From Nitrosopumilus sp. (GTDB taxonomy: Archaea; Thermoproteota; Nitrososphaeria; Nitrososphaerales; Nitrosopumilaceae), in assembly GCA_965219345.1 (NCBI GenBank), contig OZ244732.1, positions 1,280,001-1,344,000 of the forward strand: a DNA stretch of 64,000 nt. The letters run 5' to 3'. This document shows positions 41,225 to 51,485 of the stretch, piece by piece. Below the pieces are notes generated by a model. The model was not told where the DNA came from. It did no database searches and worked only from the letters and a program-made list of their open reading frames with translations. Position numbers and translations under genes: made by a program. Position 1 is the stretch's first letter. Each line of letters starts with the position of its first letter.

Positions 41225-42937
41225 ATGGAGATTGAATTGATGAATAAAATGGAAACTATGACAGGTGCAAAGGCTTTGATGACGGCTATGGAAAAAGAAG
41301 GCGTCAAACAAGTGTTTGGCATACCCGGAGGTGCAAATCTTCCGATGTATGACGAATTTGCTAGATGTGATATTAGACACATTTTGGCAAGACATGAACA
41401 ATCAGCAGCTCATATGGCTGATGGTTTTGGTAGAGTTAGCAGAAAACCAGGTGTTTGCTTTGCAACATCAGGACCCGGCGCTACTAACATATTGACTGGG
41501 CTTGCAACAGCACAAGCTGATTCTGCACCAATGATTGCAGTAACTGGCCAAGTACCAGTAGCTATGATTGGACGTGATGCATTTCAAGAAAGTGATATAA
41601 TTGGGATGTCGAATCCTGTTGTAAAATATGCATTTCAACCAAGAACAGCTGGTGAAGTTCCAGAAGCTGTAAGAAAAGGATTCTACATTGCAGAAACTGG
41701 ACGACCTGGACCTGTACTTATTGATATTCCAAAAGATGTTCAACAAAATGAAGCAGAGATGACATTTCCAGATGAATTTAAAATACAAGGTTATCATCCT
41801 TGGACTGATCCTGATGTTGTTGCATGTGAAAAAGCAATTGATATGTTACTTAATTCAGAAAAACCAATCATTTTAGCTGGTGGAGGAACTATTATCTCAT
41901 CAGCTTTTGCTGAATTACAATCTATTGCTGAAACTCTTATGCTTCCAGTAGTAACTACTTTCAAAGGAAAAGGTGCATTTCCTGAAAATCATCCTTTGTC
42001 ATTAGGTCCAATTGGAATGCATGGACATGCAGAGGCAAATAAAATGATGACAGAAGCTGATTGTGTATTAGCAATAGGCACTAGATTCTCTGATAGATCA
42101 GTTGGAACCTTTGAGGCATTTGAAAAGAGGCTCAAAATCATTCACATGGATGTGGACCCTGCAGAGATTGGCAAAAACCAAAATGCACAGATTGCAGTAG
42201 TTGGAGATGTCAAAGTATCTCTTAGAATAATGATAAAATTACTTTTGCAAAGAGCGATTAAAAAAACTGAAGAGACTACTTGGATAAAGCATGTAAAAGA
42301 AACTAAATCTTACTGGCAAGAAAACTTGAAAATTCATCCAGGTGAAATGGGTGCTGCAAAAATTTTACGTAAACTTCGAGAGTTGTTACCAAAAGAATCT
42401 ATTGTAACTACTGAAGTAGGACAACACCAAATGTGGGCATCATTATTCTATGATGTAATTCAACCTGGTACTTTCTTTAGTTCTACTGGACTTGGTACTA
42501 TGGGTTGGGGATTTCCAGCATCAATTGGTGCCAAAGTTGCAAAACCTGATGTTCCTGTAGTGGATATTGCAGGTGATGGAAGCTTTGCAATGACTGAAAA
42601 TTCCCTTGCAACTTGTATTCAAGAAGACATTCCAGTAATCGTATTTATCTTAAATAATTTTACTTTGGGAATGGTAGCTCAATGGCAAAGAACTTTCTAT
42701 GACAGAAGAATGATTGGAGTGGACCAAGCACGTATTCCTGATTATGTTAAATTAGCAGAATCATACGGAGCTCAAGGAATTAGAGCACAGTCAATGGATG
42801 AGCTTGACAAAGCAATCAAAGCTGCATTAAGTAGTGATGTTGCAACTGTAATTGACATTCCAATTGATCCTGAAGAAGACGTATTACCATTTGTAGCTCC
42901 TGGAACTTCGCTTGAGGATATGATCTTACCATCATAG
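41225..42937 (+). CDS. ilvB: Acetolactate synthase large subunit
   Basis: RHEQSAAH, TSGPGATN, GDGSF TPP motif. Confidence 0.96.
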   Translation: MEIELMNKMETMTGAKALMTAMEKEGVKQVFGIPGGANLPMYDEFARCDIRHILARHEQSAAHMADGFGRVSRKPGVCFATSGPGATNILTGLATAQADSAPMIAVTGQVPVAMIGRDAFQESDIIGMSNPVVKYAFQPRTAGEVPEAVRKGFYIAETGRPGPVLIDIPKDVQQNEAEMTFPDEFKIQGYHPWTDPDVVACEKAIDMLLNSEKPIILAGGGTIISSAFAELQSIAETLMLPVVTTFKGKGAFPENHPLSLGPIGMHGHAEANKMMTEADCVLAIGTRFSDRSVGTFEAFEKRLKIIHMDVDPAEIGKNQNAQIAVVGDVKVSLRIMIKLLLQRAIKKTEETTWIKHVKETKSYWQENLKIHPGEMGAAKILRKLRELLPKESIVTTEVGQHQMWASLFYDVIQPGTFFSSTGLGTMGWGFPASIGAKVAKPDVPVVDIAGDGSFAMTENSLATCIQEDIPVIVFILNNFTLGMVAQWQRTFYDRRMIGVDQARIPDYVKLAESYGAQGIRAQSMDELDKAIKAALSSDVATVIDIPIDPEEDVLPFVAPGTSLEDMILPS

Positions 42938-42946
42938 TGATAAATC

Positions 42947-43429
42947 ATGTGGGCAATAATTTCTCTTTTAGTTGAAAACAAAACTGGAATCTTGTTTAAG
43001 ATAACTCATCTTTTCAGATCTAGGAACTTTAACATTGATAGTATCTCCGTAGGGGTAACTGAAAATCCCGATTATTCTAGAATGACTATTACTACTAATA
43101 GTGATGAAAAGCGAGTGGCACAGATTGTAAAACAACTCGAAAAAATGATTGATACTGTGGAGGTAAAGCACTTAGATGAGCACAAAACGGTATACCGTGA
43201 ACTCAGTCTTTTTATGATAAAGCTCAGCAATGCTACTGATAGTATGGAAATTAACAAGATAGCTAATGCATATGGTGGAAAGGTACATGATGTGAAAAAG
43301 GATTCACTTATGGTAGAATTGACTGCAACTCCTCATCAAATCCAAGCATTTGAGGAATTGATAAAGCCATTTGGAATTCTTGATGTGGCACGAACTGGTG
43401 TTGCTGCTTTGCAAAGGAGCGGATCATGA
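42947..43429 (+). CDS. ilvN: Acetolactate synthase small subunit
   Basis: ACT domain VEN..G.L, RNFNIDS, ARTG. Confidence 0.93.
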   Translation: MWAIISLLVENKTGILFKITHLFRSRNFNIDSISVGVTENPDYSRMTITTNSDEKRVAQIVKQLEKMIDTVEVKHLDEHKTVYRELSLFMIKLSNATDSMEINKIANAYGGKVHDVKKDSLMVELTATPHQIQAFEELIKPFGILDVARTGVAALQRSGS

Positions 43430-44940
43430 AAGTTAGAATATTTGATACAACATTAAGAGATGGAGAACAAACTCTTGGAGTTTCTTTATCGCCAGATCAA
43501 AAACTCTCAATTGCAAAAAAACTTGATGCACTAGGTGTTGATGCTATAGAAGCAGGCTTTCCAGTAATTTCAGAAGGTGAGTTAAAAGGAGTAAAAATGA
43601 TTACTGCTGAAGGATTATCTTGTGAGATTGCAGGATTGACTAGAACTATCAAAACAGACATTGATGCTGCAGTTAATGCTGGATTAAATTACATTCACAC
43701 ATTCATTGCAACATCTGATATTCACTTGGAACATAAACTCAAAATGACTAGAGACCAAGCACTTGAAAAAGCAATTGAAGCAGTAGAATACGGAAAGTCT
43801 CGTGGCCTTCAGGTTGAATTCTCAGCTGAAGATGCTACAAGAACTGATAAAGAATTTTTGAAAAAAGTATTTGGTGAAGTTGCCAAGGCAGGAGCTGATA
43901 GAGTTAACATTCCAGACACAGTTGGGTATTGTACTCCTGAATACATGGCAGAATTAACTCGTGATACAGTTGAAGCAACAAAACTTCCAGTGAGTGTTCA
44001 TTGTCATAACGACTTTGGATTAGCTGTTGCAAATGCATTATCTGGAATTCATGCAGGAGCATCATGTGCACATGTTACAATTAATGGAATTGGTGAACGT
44101 GCAGGAAATGCATCATTAGAAGAACTCTCTATGGCGTTACAATGTCTCCCTTATGATCAAAAATATGAAACTAACATCAAATCTGTATTAATTTATGAGA
44201 CTTCTCGATATGTTTCAAAAATTGCAGGCATCAAAGTTCAGCCAAACAAGGCTATAGTTGGAGATAACGCATTTGGACACGAATCAGGAATTCATACTCA
44301 TGGTGTATTGAATAATCCTCTTACTTACGAGCCAATCAGTCCTGAATTAGTTGGACGAAAGAGACGACTTCGTGTTGGAAAACATGCAGGAATTCATGGA
44401 ATGAATGCAATGCTTGCAGAATTTGGAGTCAAACCAAATGAAGAACAATCACAACAAATTCTTGAGAAAGTCAAAGTGTTAGGTGATCAAGGAAAGCAAA
44501 TTTCAGATGTGGAGTTACTATCCATTGCAAGTGATGTCTTGGGAGATAAAGGAATCAAAAGAATTGTTCAATTAACTGGTTTTTCCGTATCTACTGGAAT
44601 TGGAACAATGCCTTATGCATTTGTAAAATTAAACATTGATGGAAAAGAGTATAGCGGAACTGATCACGGTGTTGGCCCTGTTGATGCGTCACTCAATGCA
44701 ATTCAAAAGATTACCGGAAAAATTTCAGAAATACGAATAAAAGATTATGCTTTAGCATCTATCTCTGGTGGTGCTAATGCATTATGTGAGGTTACAATTA
44801 GTGTAGAGGATGGACATGGAAATAGAGTTTCAGCAAAATCAGTCGGTGAAGATATTGTAACTACAAGTGTTCAAGCAGTTATTGATGGTATTAATCGAAT
44901 TATGCTCAAAAAGATGCTAAAAGAAAAGCAGGTAAGCTAA
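43426..44940 (+). CDS. leuA: 2-isopropylmalate synthase / citramalate synthase family
   Basis: DTTLRDGEQ, HCHND, GERAGN, regulatory domain. Confidence 0.85.
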   Translation: MKVRIFDTTLRDGEQTLGVSLSPDQKLSIAKKLDALGVDAIEAGFPVISEGELKGVKMITAEGLSCEIAGLTRTIKTDIDAAVNAGLNYIHTFIATSDIHLEHKLKMTRDQALEKAIEAVEYGKSRGLQVEFSAEDATRTDKEFLKKVFGEVAKAGADRVNIPDTVGYCTPEYMAELTRDTVEATKLPVSVHCHNDFGLAVANALSGIHAGASCAHVTINGIGERAGNASLEELSMALQCLPYDQKYETNIKSVLIYETSRYVSKIAGIKVQPNKAIVGDNAFGHESGIHTHGVLNNPLTYEPISPELVGRKRRLRVGKHAGIHGMNAMLAEFGVKPNEEQSQQILEKVKVLGDQGKQISDVELLSIASDVLGDKGIKRIVQLTGFSVSTGIGTMPYAFVKLNIDGKEYSGTDHGVGPVDASLNAIQKITGKISEIRIKDYALASISGGANALCEVTISVEDGHGNRVSAKSVGEDIVTTSVQAVIDGINRIMLKKMLKEKQVS

Positions 44941-44973
44941 ATCCTAAAATTTCACTTGATGTGTTGAAGTATA

Positions 44974-45987
44974 ATGTATAAAATATCATTAATTACTGGT
45001 GATGGAATTGGTCCTGAAATATCCGAATCTGCAATTTCTGTATTGGATGCCATTAATGACAATCTTAATTTGAAATTTGATATCACTAAATTATCTGCTG
45101 GTGATAAGGCACTCAAAGACACAGGAAACGCACTTCCTGATGAGGCTATTAGTGTGATTAAACAATCTGATGCATGCTTGAAGGCTCCTGTTGGTGAAAG
45201 TGCAGCTGACGTTATTGTTGTGTTGAGAAGAATGCTTGATCTTTATGCCAATATTAGACCTGCAAAATCATATCCACACATGCCTGCATTACGTGATGAT
45301 ATTGATATGGTAATAGTTCGAGAAAATACAGAGGATCTCTACAAAGGCCAAGAGTTTAGAGTGGGTGATTCTGCAGTAGCATTACGAATAATTTCTGAAA
45401 CTGCATCAAAAAGAATTGCAAAGTATGCATTTGAAACTGCAAAGCAGAGAAATTCTAAGAGAAAAGTGACATGTGTTCATAAATCAAATGTAATGAGAGT
45501 GACAGATGGGTTATTTGCAAAAGCTTGTACTGAAGTTTCTAAGGAGTATCCTGACATTGCATTTGAGGAGATGTATGTAGATGCTTGTGCAATGAATTTA
45601 ATTCGCCAACCACAAGAATTTGATGTTGTAGTTACTACAAACTTGTTTGGTGATATTCTCTCTGATGAATCCTCTCAGGTTGTAGGGGGATTAGGAATGG
45701 CACCAGCTGCAAATATTGGTGATAATTTTGCATTGTTTGAACCAGTCCATGGAGCTGCATTTGATATTGCTGGTAGGAATATAGCAAATCCATCATCGTT
45801 CTTGTTATCTATCAAAATGATGTGCGACTGGCTTGGAGCTAAGAATAATGATTCAAAATGTATCGAGGTTGGTCAGAAATTAGAATCTACAATCTTTGAT
45901 TTAGTAAAAACAGGCGTTAAAACTAAAGATATTGGCGGTACCATGTCTACTTCAGAGTTTACTAAAGCAATTACAGATAATCTCTAA
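44974..45987 (+). CDS. leuB: 3-isopropylmalate dehydrogenase family
   Basis: GDGIGPE, RENTE, NLFGDILSD, EPVHG. Confidence 0.85.
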   Translation: MYKISLITGDGIGPEISESAISVLDAINDNLNLKFDITKLSAGDKALKDTGNALPDEAISVIKQSDACLKAPVGESAADVIVVLRRMLDLYANIRPAKSYPHMPALRDDIDMVIVRENTEDLYKGQEFRVGDSAVALRIISETASKRIAKYAFETAKQRNSKRKVTCVHKSNVMRVTDGLFAKACTEVSKEYPDIAFEEMYVDACAMNLIRQPQEFDVVVTTNLFGDILSDESSQVVGGLGMAPAANIGDNFALFEPVHGAAFDIAGRNIANPSSFLLSIKMMCDWLGAKNNDSKCIEVGQKLESTIFDLVKTGVKTKDIGGTMSTSEFTKAITDNL

Positions 45988-46024
45988 AACTGTTAACTAA
46001 AAGTATCCTGTCTATAATCTATCA

Positions 46025-46375
46025 ATGGAATCATTTCAGAATAATGAATTTGCAGATTTGCTACAAGCACTAGTTGAGGAAATGCTATTGAGTTCTAATC
46101 AGTTTGCAGAACAAACTACAGAGTTTCTTACTAAAATTAATACTGACAAAGAAAAATTTCATGACATTCTTGAACAAAAGAAAATGGTTATGCATGAATC
46201 TACAATTTTGAAAGGTAACCAGGATCCAACTACAGCAGGAACTGATGGTTCCTATTGTGTAGACAGACTTCTAGCATCCAATTATGTCGCTATGGGTGCA
46301 GTGGCAGTAGAGGGATTAACTCCGCCAAAACTTGAAGAACCGATTTGGCCTAGACCAAGGTTAAATCCAAAGTAA
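46025..46375 (+). pseudogene. Truncated NurA-like nuclease, N-terminal part
   Basis: TTAGTDGSY...AVAVEGLTPP resembles NurA motif I; only 116 aa. Confidence 0.55.
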
Positions 46376-46587
46376 AGCCAATTCCTGACAAAATTGACTA
46401 TTACATAGACATAGATAGAATCGATGTCTGGAAAAAGCAACCAAGCATTAGAAATATTCTATCAAAACTAAGTTTCATTAAAAACAAGGAACATTGGGGG
46501 TTGCACCTTCAGGGCGGCATCTTGAAGATGAATAAAAAAGATCATTCCACTATTATTAAAGAAGCAAAAAAAACTAAAATATCATAA
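46357..46587 (+). pseudogene. EVE-domain protein, C-terminal fragment
   Basis: Start-less frame ...SIRNILSKLSFIKNKEHWGLHLQGGILKMNKKDH. Confidence 0.55.
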
Positions 46588-46785
46588 TTAACCTCATAGT
46601 TTTAGATAAGTCCGATCTTGTTTTCTCAATCTAATCTTCTTTCAGGTATAATTCCAATAACTCTCTCATGGAATTCATAGATAAATTCGTCTACCTCTTC
46701 TTTATCCATAATTTTCATAATAATTTTTAGTATATAGCAAATATTATGTTCAGAATATTACACATGCTATTAACTATTTTAGAAT

Positions 46786-47403
46786 CTAACATCCATGTTT
46801 GATGGCCCAAGGATCATTCCCAAACTCACTGGAATCACAAAATTGATCAGCCAAATATCCCAAATTTGCATCAAGTAACTCTGAATTTAGATTAACTCCG
46901 TTACAATAAACCACTCCGATAACTCTACCAAAACTTCCTTTAGTCTGACTGTCGTCTTCATCAACTATAACATCGGAGCCAACAGGACAAATCGTCACAA
47001 TAAAATCCCTTGAATCTACTCCTCCAAATCCTTCTAGTTCAGGAGCTGATGCCATTGCAAATCTAACTGATGTTCCATCGACATGAATTGTATCGCCATC
47101 AACAATTTTAGTTACCGTTCCAGTGATACATCTGGCATTACCAGAACATTCTTCAGACGTTATGTTAGTTGATTCTTCTATTTCCATATCTGAACAATTA
47201 TCCATAAAATATTGATGAAATTCTAAATGCATAGCATCATCCATCAAATTATGTTCCGCAGACCCACTAAAGTCAAGCATTTCATTACAGTCCATTCCAG
47301 ACCATGGTTCTACACCAACTGACATTGAATCTGAAGAAATCGCCAATCCTGCTGCAATAACCACAATCATACCAACAATTCCAATAATTATTGTAGGTTT
47401 CAC
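46786..47403 (-). CDS. Membrane-anchored thermonuclease (SNase) family protein
   Basis: VTKIVDGDTI, VRFAMASAPE, FGRVIG. Confidence 0.85.
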   Translation of the reverse strand: MKPTIIIGIVGMIVVIAAGLAISSDSMSVGVEPWSGMDCNEMLDFSGSAEHNLMDDAMHLEFHQYFMDNCSDMEIEESTNITSEECSGNARCITGTVTKIVDGDTIHVDGTSVRFAMASAPELEGFGGVDSRDFIVTICPVGSDVIVDEDDSQTKGSFGRVIGVVYCNGVNLNSELLDANLGYLADQFCDSSEFGNDPWAIKHGC

Positions 47404-47420
47404 ATATTTTCTGAATTAAA

Positions 47421-48782
47421 CTAAGAATTAAGAATTCCTTGGTTCATTAACCAATCAATTGCACTTTTCATCTCTTCCTCAGAAATTTTACCTTCTTCAA
47501 ACCAGACAAAGATGCTTTCTATCCATTCAGGAATCACAGTATCAAAAAGCGACGTGACACGAAGAATTCTATCGTCATTGTATGATGGTGAACCACGTCC
47601 ATCTTGGTTGCTAGTTAAAACATACAATCCATCTGGCCCATTTGCTACATCTCGTAATCTACCAAATTCGCCCAAGAATAGCTTCTCAACAGAAATTACA
47701 TTATACTCTGAATCAAAGTCAATTGCAAGTAGAGTCTGTTCTCTAAGTGATGCTGCAAAGTATTTTCCATCCCATTGCGAAATTTCTCCATAATAAAATG
47801 AACTACCTGATGGTGCCCATGTATCATCACCCGAATGCAATACAGGATTAGTCATTCCATCTTTGGTCTCATCTCCAATTACATTAGGCCAGCCATAGTT
47901 TTTTCCTGCTCGAATTAGATTAATTTCATCATGAGCTGATTGACCGTGTTCTGTACCAATTAACACACCTGATTTGTCCCAGTCAATTCCTTGCGGATTA
48001 CGATGTCCATATGAATAGACTGGAGAATTAGGAAATGGGTTATCATCTGGAATTGTTCCATCAGAATTAATTCGAAGAATCTTTCCTGCAACAGAATCCA
48101 GTCTTTGCGATAGATTAGGATCACCTGTATCCCCTGTTGTAATGTATAATTTGCCATCTGGTCCGAACTTTATTCTACCTCCATCATGGTATGATGCTCC
48201 TGGAATATCATCAAGTAGAATCTTGTCTTCTGTTAGAGAATTATTTGATTCTACATATCGTACAAGTTTGTTTTTAGTTGAGAATAGTTCATTGTAAGTA
48301 TAGTAGATGTAGATGTAGTGATTGGATTCAAAGTCAGGATCCAGTGCAATTCCAAGCATTCCACCTTCTCCGTTTCCAACATTAAGGCCCAAGATTTGTT
48401 TTTGTACACCTTTATTAATTACTTGCAAGGTCCCTGTTCTTTCAGAAAAGAATATTCTGCCATCATATGCAAAATCAATACTCCATGGAATTGTAAGATT
48501 CTCAGCTATTGTTTCTACTTTTACTCCCAAGTCAGGGTAAGATTCTGCAAAAGCAAAATCTACTCCAACGTTTTTTATTGTTAATGGTACTGTATCTTTA
48601 TTTTCCCATGCATCTCTGCCTCCCGGGATTTCAGAACATAGTTTATCTCCACAAACGCGAGGATCAAGCACATTCCAACCTCCTCCTCCTCCGCCACCTC
48701 CATAACCAAAGGATTGAGGAGTCAAGACAACAGAAATGATCAAAATAGAAAATATCATAGGGAAAACAATTTTTAGTTTCAC
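47421..48782 (-). CDS. PQQ-dependent glucose/sorbosone dehydrogenase family protein
   Basis: HDGGRIKFGPDG, YGHRNPQG, GRLRDV; IPEWI C-terminal thaumarchaeal repeat. Confidence 0.88.
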   Translation of the reverse strand: MKLKIVFPMIFSILIISVVLTPQSFGYGGGGGGGGWNVLDPRVCGDKLCSEIPGGRDAWENKDTVPLTIKNVGVDFAFAESYPDLGVKVETIAENLTIPWSIDFAYDGRIFFSERTGTLQVINKGVQKQILGLNVGNGEGGMLGIALDPDFESNHYIYIYYTYNELFSTKNKLVRYVESNNSLTEDKILLDDIPGASYHDGGRIKFGPDGKLYITTGDTGDPNLSQRLDSVAGKILRINSDGTIPDDNPFPNSPVYSYGHRNPQGIDWDKSGVLIGTEHGQSAHDEINLIRAGKNYGWPNVIGDETKDGMTNPVLHSGDDTWAPSGSSFYYGEISQWDGKYFAASLREQTLLAIDFDSEYNVISVEKLFLGEFGRLRDVANGPDGLYVLTSNQDGRGSPSYNDDRILRVTSLFDTVIPEWIESIFVWFEEGKISEEEMKSAIDWLMNQGILNS

Positions 48783-49060
48783 AAATTTTCTACGTTACAC
48801 TAAGAATTAAGAAGTATTACGATGCACAAAGCACTTGTTTAGAAAAAATTAGCTAATGTTATAACGAATCATTATATGCAATTTTGACGTATACAATATA
48901 ACGAGAAGCCGTTGTTCTGCGTCGTAGAATAATAGGTTTGGAAAGCACGTCATGTAAAGTCCTAGAATTCGTGTGTTTTCCGTGTTTTCTCGTTTTTTAT
49001 TGTAACAGCCAACCCCTCTCACTTAATTTTTCAACGCTTGATGGTTTGACACATGCAGGA

Positions 49061-49327
49061 TTATCTGATTTTTTGAAAACCAAATGCAACCTGTGCAATC
49101 ACATATTCACCTTTACCAATCTTTGAGGCAAATTCATTTCGTACCGACCAAGCTCGTGTAGCTGATTCAATTGGTTTTAGACTTTCTCTTTGTGTAAGAA
49201 GATTTTTTGCATTTGTTCTATGTTCGCTATACTTTACTTCACCCAACATATTACAAACAGTGGCAAATCTAATGTTAGGACTAATTTTTAGGGCCTTTTC
49301 TACCAAATTAAGATAAGGAAATCCCAT
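49061..49327 (-). pseudogene. Truncated roadblock/DUF6659-like protein fused to an unrelated fragment
   Basis: IRFATVCNMLGE...IGKGEYVIA then a switch to unrelated sequence. Confidence 0.5.
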
Positions 49328-49359
49328 AAGATGATTACATGATGCTCAAACTTAAATAA

Positions 49360-49575
49360 TTATTCACGTTCTTCCTTTAACATCACATAGGTCTTAATTT
49401 TGCCTTTGGTTTCAAGCAATTTGAAAAACTTTCTGAATTTAAGATTACATATCGAGCAATGACTATAACACAGATATTTTGTACATCTGCCTTTTTCGTC
49501 AGTTTCGTGGGAAACAAAATCATCCAGTTCTATTTTTTCATGCTTACACGCATTCATTATATCAATATAGATCAA
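49360..49575 (-). CDS. Small Cys-containing hypothetical protein
   Basis: 71-aa ORF with CKH and CSIC. Confidence 0.4.
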   Translation of the reverse strand: MIYIDIMNACKHEKIELDDFVSHETDEKGRCTKYLCYSHCSICNLKFRKFFKLLETKGKIKTYVMLKEERE

Positions 49576-49599
49576 AGTGCAATATATTGTGAGCCCAAA

Positions 49600-49923
49600 A
49601 TGTTGATTAATCTAGAAAAAATTTTCCTTCAACTATTGTATGTTTGTAAAAGTAAAGATAGTGAAAATCTTGAGACATTACAAAAGCAAATTCAAGAACG
49701 AATCTATTTTCTCAACGAAGAGAATATGAACAGTTACAATGATCCCAAACTTTTAGAATATTACGAACTGTACAATCAGATTCAACAATGTCTTTTTCAG
49801 GATCACTCCAGCCAATACTTGCTTTATGCTGGAATTATTGTAAGCGTTTCTCTTTTCGTTTGCTTTCGTTGGTGGATGATAAAAAAAGGCGAGTCTAAAA
49901 AGAAGTTAAATTCCAAGGAATAG
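49600..49923 (+). CDS. Hypothetical membrane protein
   Basis: C-terminal TM helix; start uncertain. Confidence 0.4.
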   Translation: MLINLEKIFLQLLYVCKSKDSENLETLQKQIQERIYFLNEENMNSYNDPKLLEYYELYNQIQQCLFQDHSSQYLLYAGIIVSVSLFVCFRWWMIKKGESKKKLNSKE

Positions 49924-50069
49924 TCTATGGAAAAAATGATTAAACTATCATGACAGAAGGTGAAATTGTTGTCCCAATTTTGATATCTCTTGGAGTGGGA
50001 ATTTTAGTAGGAACTAGAATCTGGATGATGTTTAGAAAATAAAGAGTTGATTAAATTAGTAAATGATGT

Positions 50070-50375
50070 GTGAAATGCATGGCAGAAAAAATATCTGGAC
50101 AAGATCTAAAGGCTAGAAAAGATGAATTTGTAATAATTGATGTTCGAGAAGCTGATGAGCTAGAAAGTGGAAAGATTGAATGTTCGATTAGCATGCCACT
50201 AGGTTTGACAATTAGAAATACAAAGAAAAAGCAGATAGAAGACATGCGGGGAAAGAAAATTTGTACTTATTGTGGGACTGGTTACAGAGGAAATATTGCA
50301 GCAGACGAATTAAATAAAGAAGGATTTGATGCTGTAACTTTAGATGGTGGCTTTCCTTCTTGGAATCAATCTTAA
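50070..50375 (+). CDS. Rhodanese-like protein
   Basis: IDVREADE, YCGTGYRG, LDGGFPSW. Confidence 0.9.
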   Translation: MKCMAEKISGQDLKARKDEFVIIDVREADELESGKIECSISMPLGLTIRNTKKKQIEDMRGKKICTYCGTGYRGNIAADELNKEGFDAVTLDGGFPSWNQS

Positions 50376-50417
50376 TTTTTCATTAGTCTCTTTTCTTTTT
50401 TTGATATCAGCTATTTA

Positions 50418-50603
50418 CTAAACGCCAAATGTCTGGGATTTTTTTTCGCAATTTGGACACTTTAGTCCTCTTGTTTCAAACCCACACTTTTTACAATGCA
50501 TATCAATTCCTGCTACCTCACGTGGATGAGTTTTAGATAGCTTGATAACAAGAGCTGTTACTGCTGAAATTCCTATAATAATTCCTATCAGTGCAAGAAC
50601 CAT
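50418..50603 (-). CDS. Small TM plus zinc-ribbon protein
   Basis: TM helix, CKKCG...CPNC. Confidence 0.65.
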   Translation of the reverse strand: MVLALIGIIIGISAVTALVIKLSKTHPREVAGIDMHCKKCGFETRGLKCPNCEKKSQTFGV

Positions 50604-50653
50604 ACATAGTGTAGAGTATCATATCATAAAAATCACTACACCACAATTCAAAG

Positions 50654-51037
50654 TTAAGCTCTGCAGATTTGATTGCTAGTCTCTTCTTTTTTCACATCTG
50701 ACGCTGGTGGATTCAGTAACCAGAAGAACATGGCCAACCCTATTGGAATCATGATTAGTATAGCTGCAACTATAGAAATTGCATAAAATCCTGGATCCAA
50801 TACTGGAATTAAAGGACCAGAAAATACTGCATATATCCACAAAAATCCAACAAAAATCAAAATAATCTTATTCTTTTTTACTAATCTCTTCCATCCCAAT
50901 CTTCTTTTATGAGTATGGCATTGCTTGCAACGTGTTCTGTCATCTGTCATACAAGATGTGTAGCAATATTTTTTACAGAAGTAGCATATTCTATCGCCAA
51001 ATGTTGATCCACAAAAATCACACTTGTACACGACCAT
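50654..51037 (-). CDS. Zinc-finger membrane protein
   Basis: Several CxxC motifs and two TM helices. Confidence 0.65.
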   Translation of the reverse strand: MVVYKCDFCGSTFGDRICYFCKKYCYTSCMTDDRTRCKQCHTHKRRLGWKRLVKKNKIILIFVGFLWIYAVFSGPLIPVLDPGFYAISIVAAILIMIPIGLAMFFWLLNPPASDVKKEETSNQICRA

Positions 51038-51112
51038 AGATCGTTATCTTAGAATTTATCTTTTTTTCAAAAATTGCCAATTTTTATTAATTGGAAATTA
51101 TGCCTTTACACC

Positions 51113-51244
51113 ATGGCAGTATGCTGTATTTGTAAAAATGTCGAAGGTAAACTCAAAATTACCGATGGCAATCCAAAATACAAAGGAAAGCCTATTTGCA
51201 AAGAGTGTCAGGGCTATCGTAAATTACTGAAAGAAACCAAATAA
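51113..51244 (+). CDS. 43-aa zinc-finger microprotein
   Basis: Manual translation MAVCCICKNVEGKLKITDGNPKYKGKPICKECQGYRKLLKETK. Confidence 0.55.
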   Translation: MAVCCICKNVEGKLKITDGNPKYKGKPICKECQGYRKLLKETK

Positions 51245-51245
51245 C

Positions 51246-51485
51246 TTATTCTGATTTATTCTTCTCTACCCAATCTTCGTACATCTTGATCAACCCATCA
51301 ACATCTTTTCCATCTTCTGAATAAGTTACAATTACACCAAATTTTCCTTTTGTGTCATGCCCTCTTGCAAAATATCCCCAAAAAGAGTCTGGTAGTTTAA
51401 CAAAATTGTTTGAATCATGTGATACACCTATCAGATTATTCCCAATCACTTCAACCACTTTTTTTGCATCATCAGCTTCAATCAT
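51246..51485 (-). CDS. Hypothetical protein
   Basis: 79-aa ORF overlapping the aspS stop. Confidence 0.6.
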   Translation of the reverse strand: MIEADDAKKVVEVIGNNLIGVSHDSNNFVKLPDSFWGYFARGHDTKGKFGVIVTYSEDGKDVDGLIKMYEDWVEKNKSE

